A stretch of 49,366 nucleotides of DNA from an uncultured Bifidobacteriaceae bacterium (GTDB lineage: Bacteria; Bacteroidota; Bacteroidia; Chitinophagales; UBA10324): positions 19,858 to 69,223 of the forward strand of contig CAYRJA010000004.1 in the NCBI GenBank assembly GCA_964424455.1. The letters are read 5' to 3'. The notes beneath the pieces are model-generated. The model did not search any database. It saw only the letters and a program-made list of their open reading frames with translations, and had not been told where the DNA came from. A program made the translations under genes and the position numbers. Below are positions 1 through 9,463 of the stretch, piece by piece. How positions within the stretch are numbered: the stretch's first letter is position 1; each line of letters starts with the position of its first letter.

Positions 1-753
1 GTAAACGATGGTAAGCAGAATACAAACACCCAGCCCGAGTACGGAAAGTGTTTTTACGATTCTCCCTGTTTCTTTCTGTAACAGCGTAGGTTCATGCATT
101 ACGGTATCTAATGACTTGCCGATTTTTCCAAGCTGCGTATGCTGACCGGTTGCCAATACTTTTGCAATACCATGCCCCTGCACAATCAATGTTCCCGAAA
201 AAACAAAAGGGGAATCCTCTCCGGCCGGAAAAACAAATTGTTGCTTTCCATCCCAATGCGATTTACGAACGGAACCCGATTCGCCTGTCAGCAGCGATTC
301 ATCAATTCTTAAATTGAGCGAATCAATCAATGCAGCATCTGCCGGAACCCGATCTCCTTCCTGTAACAGAATTAAATCATCGGGTACTACTTCTCGCCCT
401 GAAATTCTTTTTTCTTCTCCGTTCCGTATTACCAAAGCACGCGGGCTGGACAAATCGCGCAATGCTTCTAATGCACGCTCACTTCTTTTTTCCTGATAAA
501 ATGTAATAATTATGACGATGATTATGGAAGCCATCAGCATTATTCCCTCACCAACATCACCGAGTAAGAGGTAAAGTGTTCCGCAGGCAGCCAGCAGCAG
601 AAACATAGGTTCTTTTACCACCTCAAGAACTATTCTGAAAACAGATTTTGGCTTAGCGGATTGCAATTCATTGTACCCATCTATTTGCAAACGCTTCTTT
701 GCTTCCTCTTCTGAAAGAGAGCGATTATTTTTTAAGTCATAGAAGTATTCCAT
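1..753 (-). CDS. Cation-transporting P-type ATPase, 5' part only (runs off the left edge; not in ORF track)
   Basis: Manual translation from ATG 753: MEYFYDLKNNRSLSEEEAKKRLQIDGYNEL (cation ATPase N-terminal motif), EPMFLLL, QEKRSERALEAL, VPDDLILLQEGDRVPAD, DESLLTGES actuator motif, FSGTLIVQGHG. Open to position 1. Confidence 0.93.
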   Translation of the reverse strand, partial: MEYFYDLKNNRSLSEEEAKKRLQIDGYNELQSAKPKSVFRIVLEVVKEPMFLLLAACGTLYLLLGDVGEGIMLMASIIIVIIITFYQEKRSERALEALRDLSSPRALVIRNGEEKRISGREVVPDDLILLQEGDRVPADAALIDSLNLRIDESLLTGESGSVRKSHWDGKQQFVFPAGEDSPFVFSGTLIVQGHGIAKVLATGQHTQLGKIGKSLDTVMHEPTLLQKETGRIVKTLSVLGLGVCILLTIVY

Positions 754-955
754 ATAGCATTTCAATAATAACCTCTGATAAATATAACAGTAAGTTGGAA
801 TTACAAAATACTAAGCTCACCTTTCTATTCAATACTTGAATGACGGTTTATTTGTAACACTAAGAAGCAGAGGAAAAACACTTCGCCCTAAGCTTATAAC
901 TTAATATAAGATAACCGGAAGTTTTACTTATTTGATATAAGAAACAGCCAACAGA

Positions 956-1543
956 CTATCTTCCTAAATCCTTATTCTCATCCAAATCTTCATGACGGTC
1001 GCCACCGATGCTGTAAGGATTGTTTTCTTCATCCTCAGAGCCGAGGTCTTCCATATCATCATCGAGTTCTGAACCAGGCACATCAAGGTCTTCGCCGCTC
1101 ATATCCGCATCCCACGCTCTATCTTTCAACTCTTCATCATCACGAATGACATCAAACTCTTCTTTTGTAATATCAGCGCTCTTTGGAGATTTGATTCCCT
1201 TTTGTTCTGCCTCAATATTTAAACCGGACTTTTTCATCAGTTCAACTTCTATATTCTTACCCTTTTTCAAAGCAGGTGTTACAGTTCTGGAAGGATATGT
1301 TACTGTTGACTTGATTTGCTTTTTTGCTTTTGTACTTTTTGTAACTGCTTTTCTTACAACTTTTTTTGCAACATGTTTTGCCGGTTTGCTTACAGATTTC
1401 TTTTTTGCTTTTTGTGAATTCTTCTTATTCTCCTTTACCTTAGTTTTTGTTTTTGCAGAAGACTTCTTAGTCACAGTTTTCTTTGCTGACTTTTTAGAAA
1501 CTGTCCTCTTTTTGGGCGCACTTTTTTTTGTTTTCTTTTTCAT
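956..1543 (-). CDS. Protein with a Lys-rich histone-H1-like N-terminus and an acidic C-terminal domain
   Basis: The first ~80 aa are KK/KKS/KTV-type basic repeats. The C-terminus DLDVPGSELDDDMEDLGSEDEENNPYSIGGDRHEDLDE resembles a conserved Bacteroidota hypothetical motif (recalled, not searched). Confidence 0.7.
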   Translation of the reverse strand: MKKKTKKSAPKKRTVSKKSAKKTVTKKSSAKTKTKVKENKKNSQKAKKKSVSKPAKHVAKKVVRKAVTKSTKAKKQIKSTVTYPSRTVTPALKKGKNIEVELMKKSGLNIEAEQKGIKSPKSADITKEEFDVIRDDEELKDRAWDADMSGEDLDVPGSELDDDMEDLGSEDEENNPYSIGGDRHEDLDENKDLGR

Positions 1544-1615
1544 GGTGTTGATTTTAGTAGAATATAAAATTAAGAAAGAGTAGAATAAAAAGAAGAATAT
1601 TTTTTCATGAACTTG

Positions 1616-2203
1616 TTAATTTCCCGTTGCAGTAGTATCCGGTGAAGTAAAAATTTCGGGAATGGATTTAGGGCGATTAATTAAGACACTATCTAAATTC
1701 TTCATTCCTTTTTCACAATAAGCAGCCCAATAGTTATCCAGGGTTAATCCAAAAAATTTTTGTAAAGGATTCCAGCCCATGTTAGCTTCTATTGACCATT
1801 TCATTTGAGTGGTACCATCAGAAGAATCAAATCTGAATCGGCACAGAATCCCATTTTGTCCCATAAAGTTCATAAGAGCAGTTATAGAACGGTTGGGGGT
1901 ACTTTCTATAATTTTTACACTTCCATTGTCAGATTGATTACTGTTTGATGTCCATGTATAGGAAGCATTTTCTCCGGAAGTAGTGTCGCCGAAATTGATC
2001 TTAACATCTGAACCGGTCTGATGATAAGGCGTCCATCCTTTCCACTTTTTCAAATCATTCACTTCATTAAAAACAGCATCCTGCGTTGCATTAATCACAG
2101 AACTTCGTTCAACATGAACTTTTGAAGGAAGAAAAAACGAAATAAGAAACAAAACTATAATAATCACAAACAAGCCTATGACAATGTTCTTAAGAGTGCG
2201 CAT
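1616..2203 (-). CDS. SRPBCC (polyketide cyclase/START-like) family protein with N-terminal membrane anchor
   Basis: Hydrophobic N-terminal helix, then VHVERSSVINATQDAVFNEVNDLKKWKGWTPY, typical of SRPBCC starts. Confidence 0.8.
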   Translation of the reverse strand: MRTLKNIVIGLFVIIIVLFLISFFLPSKVHVERSSVINATQDAVFNEVNDLKKWKGWTPYHQTGSDVKINFGDTTSGENASYTWTSNSNQSDNGSVKIIESTPNRSITALMNFMGQNGILCRFRFDSSDGTTQMKWSIEANMGWNPLQKFFGLTLDNYWAAYCEKGMKNLDSVLINRPKSIPEIFTSPDTTATGN

Positions 2204-2277
2204 AAGAGTGAGAATTTAAGAATAAAAATAAGAATTGATTGACAAGAACAGAATTATTAATTAGCTGTTACTGTAAC

Positions 2278-4005
2278 TTATTTTGAAAGCATATCAGTAT
2301 AAACATTCACTTTATCAAGTTTGTTCGCAATAACAGTTGAATCCAATTGTTGCATAAAGGAATGATAGGAGGGAAATATCTTTCTCTCCGGATAAATCCG
2401 TATTAAAGGAAGAAGTGAATGTTGACTGCTGTCAGGAGTATTTAATGTCCATCTGTTCATGCGAATACTGTCGCCATTTATTTCTTCATAGTCAAACAGA
2501 TAGTTAAAGAAATTCATCCAGTCTTTTGGCTGTTTTATTCCTGAAACATTTCCATGCTCGTAGTACGGGTTCAGATACCAAATAGGAATTAACCTTCCTT
2601 TGCCGGGTTTAAGCTTTAAATAATCTTCCATTTTCTCATTAAAGAAAAAACAAGAGAGGAATCTGTTTACTTCAATGGTTTCATGATAATGATGGTAATA
2701 GAGTAATCCGATTTGGGGACCATAACCCTGAATAATCTGATAGCCGGGTTCAATATTTTTCATGTCCCAATCAGCTTCCAACCTTGCCGGGTCAGGACTA
2801 TTATGATAGCGGACAAATTCAGGATAATTGATTGTCCAAACTCTTATCAGCAGATAAACTGTAACAGCAACAACAAATCCTAACACAAATTTTTCAAAAG
2901 GAAAATACTTACCTTCAATAATAATATTTATCAAATCAGCAACCACCCATGTAAATAGCAGCAGCACAGGGAAAATCATTGGAATCAGCAATTCATAACC
3001 GGGAGTCCACCAGAGAATAAAAATGTAATAGGAGAGAATCCATGATAGCAGTAATATTCTTAACCTTCTGAAATGTTTTGTTTTAAAACATTGAATGATA
3101 TGCCACTGGAAAGCAACTGACATGAATGCTCCAAAAGCAAACACAGGATTACTGTTTATATTATCTCCTATCTTAACTATCACTGAAAGTTGGCTATGCA
3201 GAAGCTGAGAAAAACCTCTTACACTGAAGTTGGAAGTAGTTCCCCATTCAGGTTCGGCATTTACCAGATAGGCAAACACGAATTTAATAAATCCTGTAAC
3301 GGAAATATTATTCTCCTGCAAGGAATAACTTGCAATGTAAAGGAGTAATATTAAAACTCCGGCAATCAGTATATGTAAAATTCCCTTCCTGTTAACAAGG
3401 TAATAGTAAAGTATCAGAGCCGGTACTATCAGTATGCTTGCCTGATTGTAAAGAATGGCAAAGGATAGAAAAACGACAGCAAGCAGACTGTTCCTTTTTG
3501 ATATAACTCCCTCCGCAGTTGTGCTGAAATAAAAGACAGCAATTGTACATGCCATAGCCGGAATATAGACTTCGCATATTGTTGAAAATATTTCGTAATG
3601 CAGTGAAATGAGCATACTCAGACTCAGCAGAACGGCAGCATAACGATAACCGAATATTTTTTTGCCTGTATAATAGGCAAGTGTAACACCTGCGCTCCCC
3701 CATAGAATATTATGAACCTTTGCCGCACCCATTGCAGTAAAATCGCTGATGAATAATCCTCCCGCTTTAAATATCAGCCAAACAATAGGTGAAAAAAGAA
3801 GATGGTGCGGATGTGCCATTCCTTTTCCAACGCTTATATCATAAGCAAAGCTGAGCGAGTCGCCTTCCTGCATTTCACTTTGAAAGCTAAACAGAAGGAG
3901 AAGAGATGCCATAGCCAGCAGGAACGCTGTCAGATGGTCATTTTGGGTAAAGCCGGAATTTTTAATTTTCGACACAGGTAAAAGATGGCGCAAGATATAA
4001 AGCAA
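2278..4005 (-). CDS. Multi-pass membrane protein, probable GT-C fold glycosyltransferase (DUF2723/ArnT-like)
   Basis: About 10-11 hydrophobic segments with an early D-containing loop (EGDSLSFAYD), HPHHLLF and STICEVY motifs, and a soluble C-terminal domain. Start codon uncertain (TTG 4005 or GTG 3975). Confidence 0.55.
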   Translation of the reverse strand: MLYILRHLLPVSKIKNSGFTQNDHLTAFLLAMASLLLLFSFQSEMQEGDSLSFAYDISVGKGMAHPHHLLFSPIVWLIFKAGGLFISDFTAMGAAKVHNILWGSAGVTLAYYTGKKIFGYRYAAVLLSLSMLISLHYEIFSTICEVYIPAMACTIAVFYFSTTAEGVISKRNSLLAVVFLSFAILYNQASILIVPALILYYYLVNRKGILHILIAGVLILLLYIASYSLQENNISVTGFIKFVFAYLVNAEPEWGTTSNFSVRGFSQLLHSQLSVIVKIGDNINSNPVFAFGAFMSVAFQWHIIQCFKTKHFRRLRILLLSWILSYYIFILWWTPGYELLIPMIFPVLLLFTWVVADLINIIIEGKYFPFEKFVLGFVVAVTVYLLIRVWTINYPEFVRYHNSPDPARLEADWDMKNIEPGYQIIQGYGPQIGLLYYHHYHETIEVNRFLSCFFFNEKMEDYLKLKPGKGRLIPIWYLNPYYEHGNVSGIKQPKDWMNFFNYLFDYEEINGDSIRMNRWTLNTPDSSQHSLLPLIRIYPERKIFPSYHSFMQQLDSTVIANKLDKVNVYTDMLSK

Positions 4006-4012
4006 ACACAGA

Positions 4013-5317
4013 TTATGGATTCGGTAATTTTATGTTCTCAATTCCATTACCCGGAGATTTTTTTATTGTCACAGGTAACCACTCTTTCCTTCTTACCGGA
4101 ACATAAATTCCCTTCCATTCCTTACTGCAAGAGTTATATATTTTTCCTCCTGCCAGAATCAATTCTCCGTTGGGTTCAACTGTTACAGACGCATTCTCAG
4201 GAATAGATATGTTACACCGGATAGTAAGAGAGCCGCCATTTTCAATTCGAATATTTCCTCCCAAGTCCTTATTCCCTTCCCAAATAATCTTTTCTCCTTT
4301 CTGTATAACGATGTATTCATCAGGATTCAGATTGCACCAGTCCGGACGGAGCATTTGAGATGAAACACTTTTTTTATTTGCAAAATACATTTCAATTCTT
4401 CCAAGCTGACAGGGTGAATAAGCACACTGGCAAGCATTATAATCCATAACATTATTTGAACAAGTGGTGTCACACTTAGGAGAATCAGAACAGTTCCAGC
4501 ATCCTGGATTCAGTGGTGTGTCATCACAGCCATCATTTGTGTTCCATGTGTGTGACAGTCCGAAGCAATGACCAAGTTCGTGATTAAACAAGGATGCAAA
4601 CCGCCATGCCTGTGGTGAAATGGAGTCTTGTCCACCGGCAGTTTTAAAAATAGAGTTCTGATAGCCGGCAGAAAGTTTAACCCATTTGCCTGCACCAATG
4701 CCATCGCCAGTAGCATTGTAAGTTTTGGAGGTGATACTATCTTTCGGATGTTCCATCAGAAAAATATTAATCACTTTCCCTTTCTGTACTCCATAGCGGT
4801 CAAACTGTGCAGAGGTTTCAATATTTCTTGCTCTTCCCTGTTTGTTGAAAGTATAAAGTGAGTCATTATCATGAAAATAAATACCGATGTCACCTGTTAC
4901 ACTTGTGTCAGGAGCAAGAATATACCGAAACCGGATAGGGTAAGCAGGATTATTATTACGAAGCGGCAAAAGCATTTTTTCATTTTTCTCTAATCGTTGG
5001 TTGGCATTCCACAGCAAGTCATTTGCATACTGTATTCCCTGCTGATAATTGAAATTACCACTGCTGTCACTCATGCGCATAAAATGGAAATTAACCCGTA
5101 CATAACGCATTGGTATAAATTCCGGATGAAGTGAATCAGGAATATAGCTGCGGTAATCATTGCATGGACTCTTACCGTAAGTTTTTAATAAGGATGAATC
5201 GGTTACCATCTTGTCAGGAGAAAGCAAGGTGTAACTGATTTTATTGGAACAGGAAAAAAATAAAAGACAAGCCGTCAACCAGAAAAATAAATAACTATGC
5301 CGGACGAAGTGATACAT
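4013..5317 (-). CDS. M43 (pappalysin/ulilysin-like) zinc metalloprotease, lipoprotein
   Basis: Metzincin motif HELGHCFGLSHT, then DDTP and the Met-turn NNVMDY. Lipobox LLFFSC follows ATG 5317. The track start at 5395 would overlap the divergent gene. Confidence 0.85.
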   Translation of the reverse strand: MYHFVRHSYLFFWLTACLLFFSCSNKISYTLLSPDKMVTDSSLLKTYGKSPCNDYRSYIPDSLHPEFIPMRYVRVNFHFMRMSDSSGNFNYQQGIQYANDLLWNANQRLEKNEKMLLPLRNNNPAYPIRFRYILAPDTSVTGDIGIYFHDNDSLYTFNKQGRARNIETSAQFDRYGVQKGKVINIFLMEHPKDSITSKTYNATGDGIGAGKWVKLSAGYQNSIFKTAGGQDSISPQAWRFASLFNHELGHCFGLSHTWNTNDGCDDTPLNPGCWNCSDSPKCDTTCSNNVMDYNACQCAYSPCQLGRIEMYFANKKSVSSQMLRPDWCNLNPDEYIVIQKGEKIIWEGNKDLGGNIRIENGGSLTIRCNISIPENASVTVEPNGELILAGGKIYNSCSKEWKGIYVPVRRKEWLPVTIKKSPGNGIENIKLPNP

Positions 5318-5388
5318 CTTCTTATTATACACAGAGATTTTGTTTTGACTGATATGGTTCCTGAAATAAAAACGATTAAATATTACAT

Positions 5389-5940
5389 TTGACATTGTTA
5401 AAAAATTACAACTTGAAAAAAAGTTTATTCATTCTTCTGGGTTTTTCAATTTTATTTTTCTCCTGTCAAACCCGTGAAAAAATTTCCACTAAAATTGATA
5501 ATCAACTGGACAGCATCAACCGGTCTGTAGCATTTGCAAAACCTGAACCGCAAAAAGCAGAACGGGTTATTGCAAACATAAATCAATTTATAAGCAAATA
5601 TCCTGCTGATACACTTTCGCCAAAGTATTTACTTGAAGTTGGTATCATTTATCAGAAGCAGGAAAAGTATAATGAAGCCATTGCAGTACTCGATCGTATT
5701 CAACAAGAATACCCCGATGCGCGGCAAAGCAGTACAGCTCTTTTCATGCAGGGATTTATTTATAATAATCTTCTTCACGATTATCAACTTGCTGCTAAAA
5801 AATATGAATTGTACTTGCAGAAATATTCAGAAGTGAATCCACAGCTTAGTCGCGATATAAAAATTGAGTTGCAGAACCTTGGCAAATCACCGGAAGAAAT
5901 ATTGAAAGCGTTACAGGAGAAAAATCAGTCGGCTCAGTAA
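5389..5940 (+). CDS. Tetratricopeptide-repeat lipoprotein
   Basis: Lipobox ILFFSC and TPR-like helices (KYPADTLSPKYLLEVG, YPDARQSSTALFMQGFIY). True start is probably TTG 5413, since a TACATTTG -7 box lies at 5384-5391. Confidence 0.8.
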   Translation: MTLLKNYNLKKSLFILLGFSILFFSCQTREKISTKIDNQLDSINRSVAFAKPEPQKAERVIANINQFISKYPADTLSPKYLLEVGIIYQKQEKYNEAIAVLDRIQQEYPDARQSSTALFMQGFIYNNLLHDYQLAAKKYELYLQKYSEVNPQLSRDIKIELQNLGKSPEEILKALQEKNQSAQ

Positions 5941-5972
5941 CTAATAACGCGGACTTTCCAACTTTTTTATTT

Positions 5973-7646
<1,674 letters not shown>

Positions 7647-7656
7647 TTACGGGCTT

Positions 7657-7664
7657 CAAAGGTA
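7657..7664 (-). promoter_or_regulatory. Bacteroidota -7 promoter box for pyrG
   Basis: Minus strand reads TACCTTTG (consensus TAnnTTTG), 26 nt upstream of the ATG. Confidence 0.65.
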
Positions 7665-7711
7665 AAACATTTAAACTGTTTTTTATTGCCTGAGTGAATT
7701 GTTGTAATATT

Positions 7712-7719
7712 TATTTTTG
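7712..7719 (+). promoter_or_regulatory. -7 promoter box for the DUF2461 gene
   Basis: TATTTTTG, 19 nt upstream of ATG 7739. Confidence 0.55.
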
Positions 7720-7738
7720 GCAGGTATAAAATTCATGT

Positions 7739-8410
7739 ATGCCGGCACAACTTCATCAGAGAACACATTTATTTCTGGGTAAATTAAAAAAGAATAACAA
7801 TAGGGTATGGTTCGATAAACATAAACCGGAGTATGAAAAAATCAGGAATGATTTTATCGTGTTCATTTCGGAATTGATTAAAGAATTAAATAAAATAGAT
7901 AGAACAATAGGCGACTTGGAGGCTGCTAAATGCGTCTATCGTATTTATCGGGATTTACGATTCAGTAAAAACAAAACTCCATACAAAGTACATCTTTCTG
8001 CCAATATTCAGAAAGGAGGAAGAAAATCAAAGTTTGCCGGTTATTACATTCACATTGAGCCGGGAGGAAATTCATTTTTCGGAGGTGGAATCTGGCACCC
8101 GGAGCCGGAAGAGTTAAACAAGATAAGGCAAGAAATAGATTACAATTTCAATGAGTACAAAAAAATTGTAGAGAAGAAATCGTTTATAAAAATGTTTAAA
8201 GAGCCTTATGACGATAAGTTGAAAAAAAATCCTCAATCCTATACGGAAGATAATCCGGCTATTGAATACCTGAAGTATAAAAGTTTTATCTATGGTGCAG
8301 ATTATATTAGTGATAAAACTGTAACAGGTCCCGATTTTTTAAAAGAGATACTAAAAATGGCAAAAGAACTTTCACCCTTCATCTTATTCCTGAATAGAGC
8401 GATAGATTGA
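7739..8410 (+). CDS. DUF2461 family protein
   Basis: LKKNNNRVWFDKHK, YRIYRDLRFSKNKTPYK, GYYIHIEPG, GGGIWHP. Confidence 0.92.
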   Translation: MPAQLHQRTHLFLGKLKKNNNRVWFDKHKPEYEKIRNDFIVFISELIKELNKIDRTIGDLEAAKCVYRIYRDLRFSKNKTPYKVHLSANIQKGGRKSKFAGYYIHIEPGGNSFFGGGIWHPEPEELNKIRQEIDYNFNEYKKIVEKKSFIKMFKEPYDDKLKKNPQSYTEDNPAIEYLKYKSFIYGADYISDKTVTGPDFLKEILKMAKELSPFILFLNRAID

Positions 8411-8485
8411 TTTTGTATGAAAGGAGTAACGATAGAAATAAAGTGTTACAACAACTGTTCAGTTAATATTTCTTTTTACAGGCAA

Positions 8486-8517
8486 TTTGTCCTATGCAAG
8501 TAAAAGTCCTAATTTAG
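8486..8517 (+). promoter_or_regulatory. Putative -33/-7 promoter for algH
   Basis: TTTG (8486-8489), 20-nt spacer, TAATTTAG (8510-8517; one mismatch to TAnnTTTG). Confidence 0.45.
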
Positions 8518-8533
8518 CCACTCAATTTACCCT

Positions 8534-9091
8534 ATGGAATTCAAAAATCCCCAAGCTGGAAGTTTGTTAATCGCAGAGCCGTTTATGCCGGATGATAATT
8601 TTCGCTCTACTGTAATTTTTCTTTGTGTAAATAATGACGAAGGCAGCTTTGGATTTGTATTAAACAGGCCGCTTGATTTAAAACTAAATCAGGCAATTCA
8701 GGATTTTCCCGAATTTAATGCTCGCCTTTATCTTGGTGGACCGGTGCAGGCAGACACTCTCCACTTTTTACATACACGCGGCGATATTCTTAGCGGAGGT
8801 AAGGAGGTTTTCGAAGGAGTTTTTTGGGGAGGCGATTTTGAACAATTGAAATTTTTGGTGGATACTAAACAGATTTCTAAAGAAGAAATAAAATTCTTCC
8901 TTGGCTACTCCGGATGGGAAAAGGGACAGTTAGCAGCAGAGATTTCTGAAAAAACATGGATTATCAGTAATGCAAAAGCTGATTTTATTTTTACTGATGA
9001 AGGGAGTCAGTTATGGAGAACTGTACTGAAAGATATGGGAGGAAAATATAAACTATTAGGCAACCTTCCGGAAGATCCTTCACTGAATTAA
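8534..9091 (+). CDS. YqgE/AlgH family protein
   Basis: LLIAEPFMPDDNFRSTVI, GFVLNRP, LYLGGPVQ, FFLGYSGWEKGQL, PEDPSLN C-terminus. Confidence 0.95.
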   Translation: MEFKNPQAGSLLIAEPFMPDDNFRSTVIFLCVNNDEGSFGFVLNRPLDLKLNQAIQDFPEFNARLYLGGPVQADTLHFLHTRGDILSGGKEVFEGVFWGGDFEQLKFLVDTKQISKEEIKFFLGYSGWEKGQLAAEISEKTWIISNAKADFIFTDEGSQLWRTVLKDMGGKYKLLGNLPEDPSLN

Positions 9092-9225
9092 AGACCAAGA
9101 AAGTCGAGCAGACCGTTTAATCCTGCTTCACCGTAGATCACTATCAACACGGCAACAGTCAGTCCTATAATGACTTTCAGAAAATTCATTATCCTCCTAC
9201 GGCGTATAACAGATTGATAAGACAT
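9088..9225 (-). CDS. Candidate small membrane protein (45 aa from ATG 9225, or 33 aa from ATG 9189); not in ORF track
   Basis: MSYQSVIRRRRI-MNFLKVIIGLTVAVLIVIYGEAGLNGLLDFLGL*. One clear hydrophobic helix, AGGAGG just before ATG 9189, and a stop overlapping the algH stop. Confidence 0.4.
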   Translation of the reverse strand: MSYQSVIRRRRIMNFLKVIIGLTVAVLIVIYGEAGLNGLLDFLGL

Positions 9226-9430
9226 TGAGGCAGTGTGTATGCTTGCAATGTAATTAAATATTTTAATTGGGAGTTAATTACTTGCCAAAATAAATTTTTA
9301 AATATCAGTCGTATATCCAATCGAAAAAACTGCGTCACTGAAAAACTTAATCATTTGATATATTGAGAAGGGGATAATACATTAAGAACTAAGAGGTATA
9401 AAACTTTTAATGAAATCTGACTTAACCTTC

Positions 9431-9438
9431 TATATTTG
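9431..9438 (+). promoter_or_regulatory. -7 promoter box for secDF
   Basis: TATATTTG 25 nt upstream of ATG 9464, with TTTA at 9406-9409 as a possible -33. Confidence 0.65.
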
Positions 9439-9463
9439 CAACTCAAAAATTTAAAAATTAACT

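Noticed and set aside
111-496. Two short plus-strand ORFs
   Set aside because: They are antisense to the P-type ATPase.
1020-1583. 187-aa plus-strand Phe/Ser-rich ORF
   Set aside because: It is the antisense shadow of the Lys/Glu-rich gene 956-1543.
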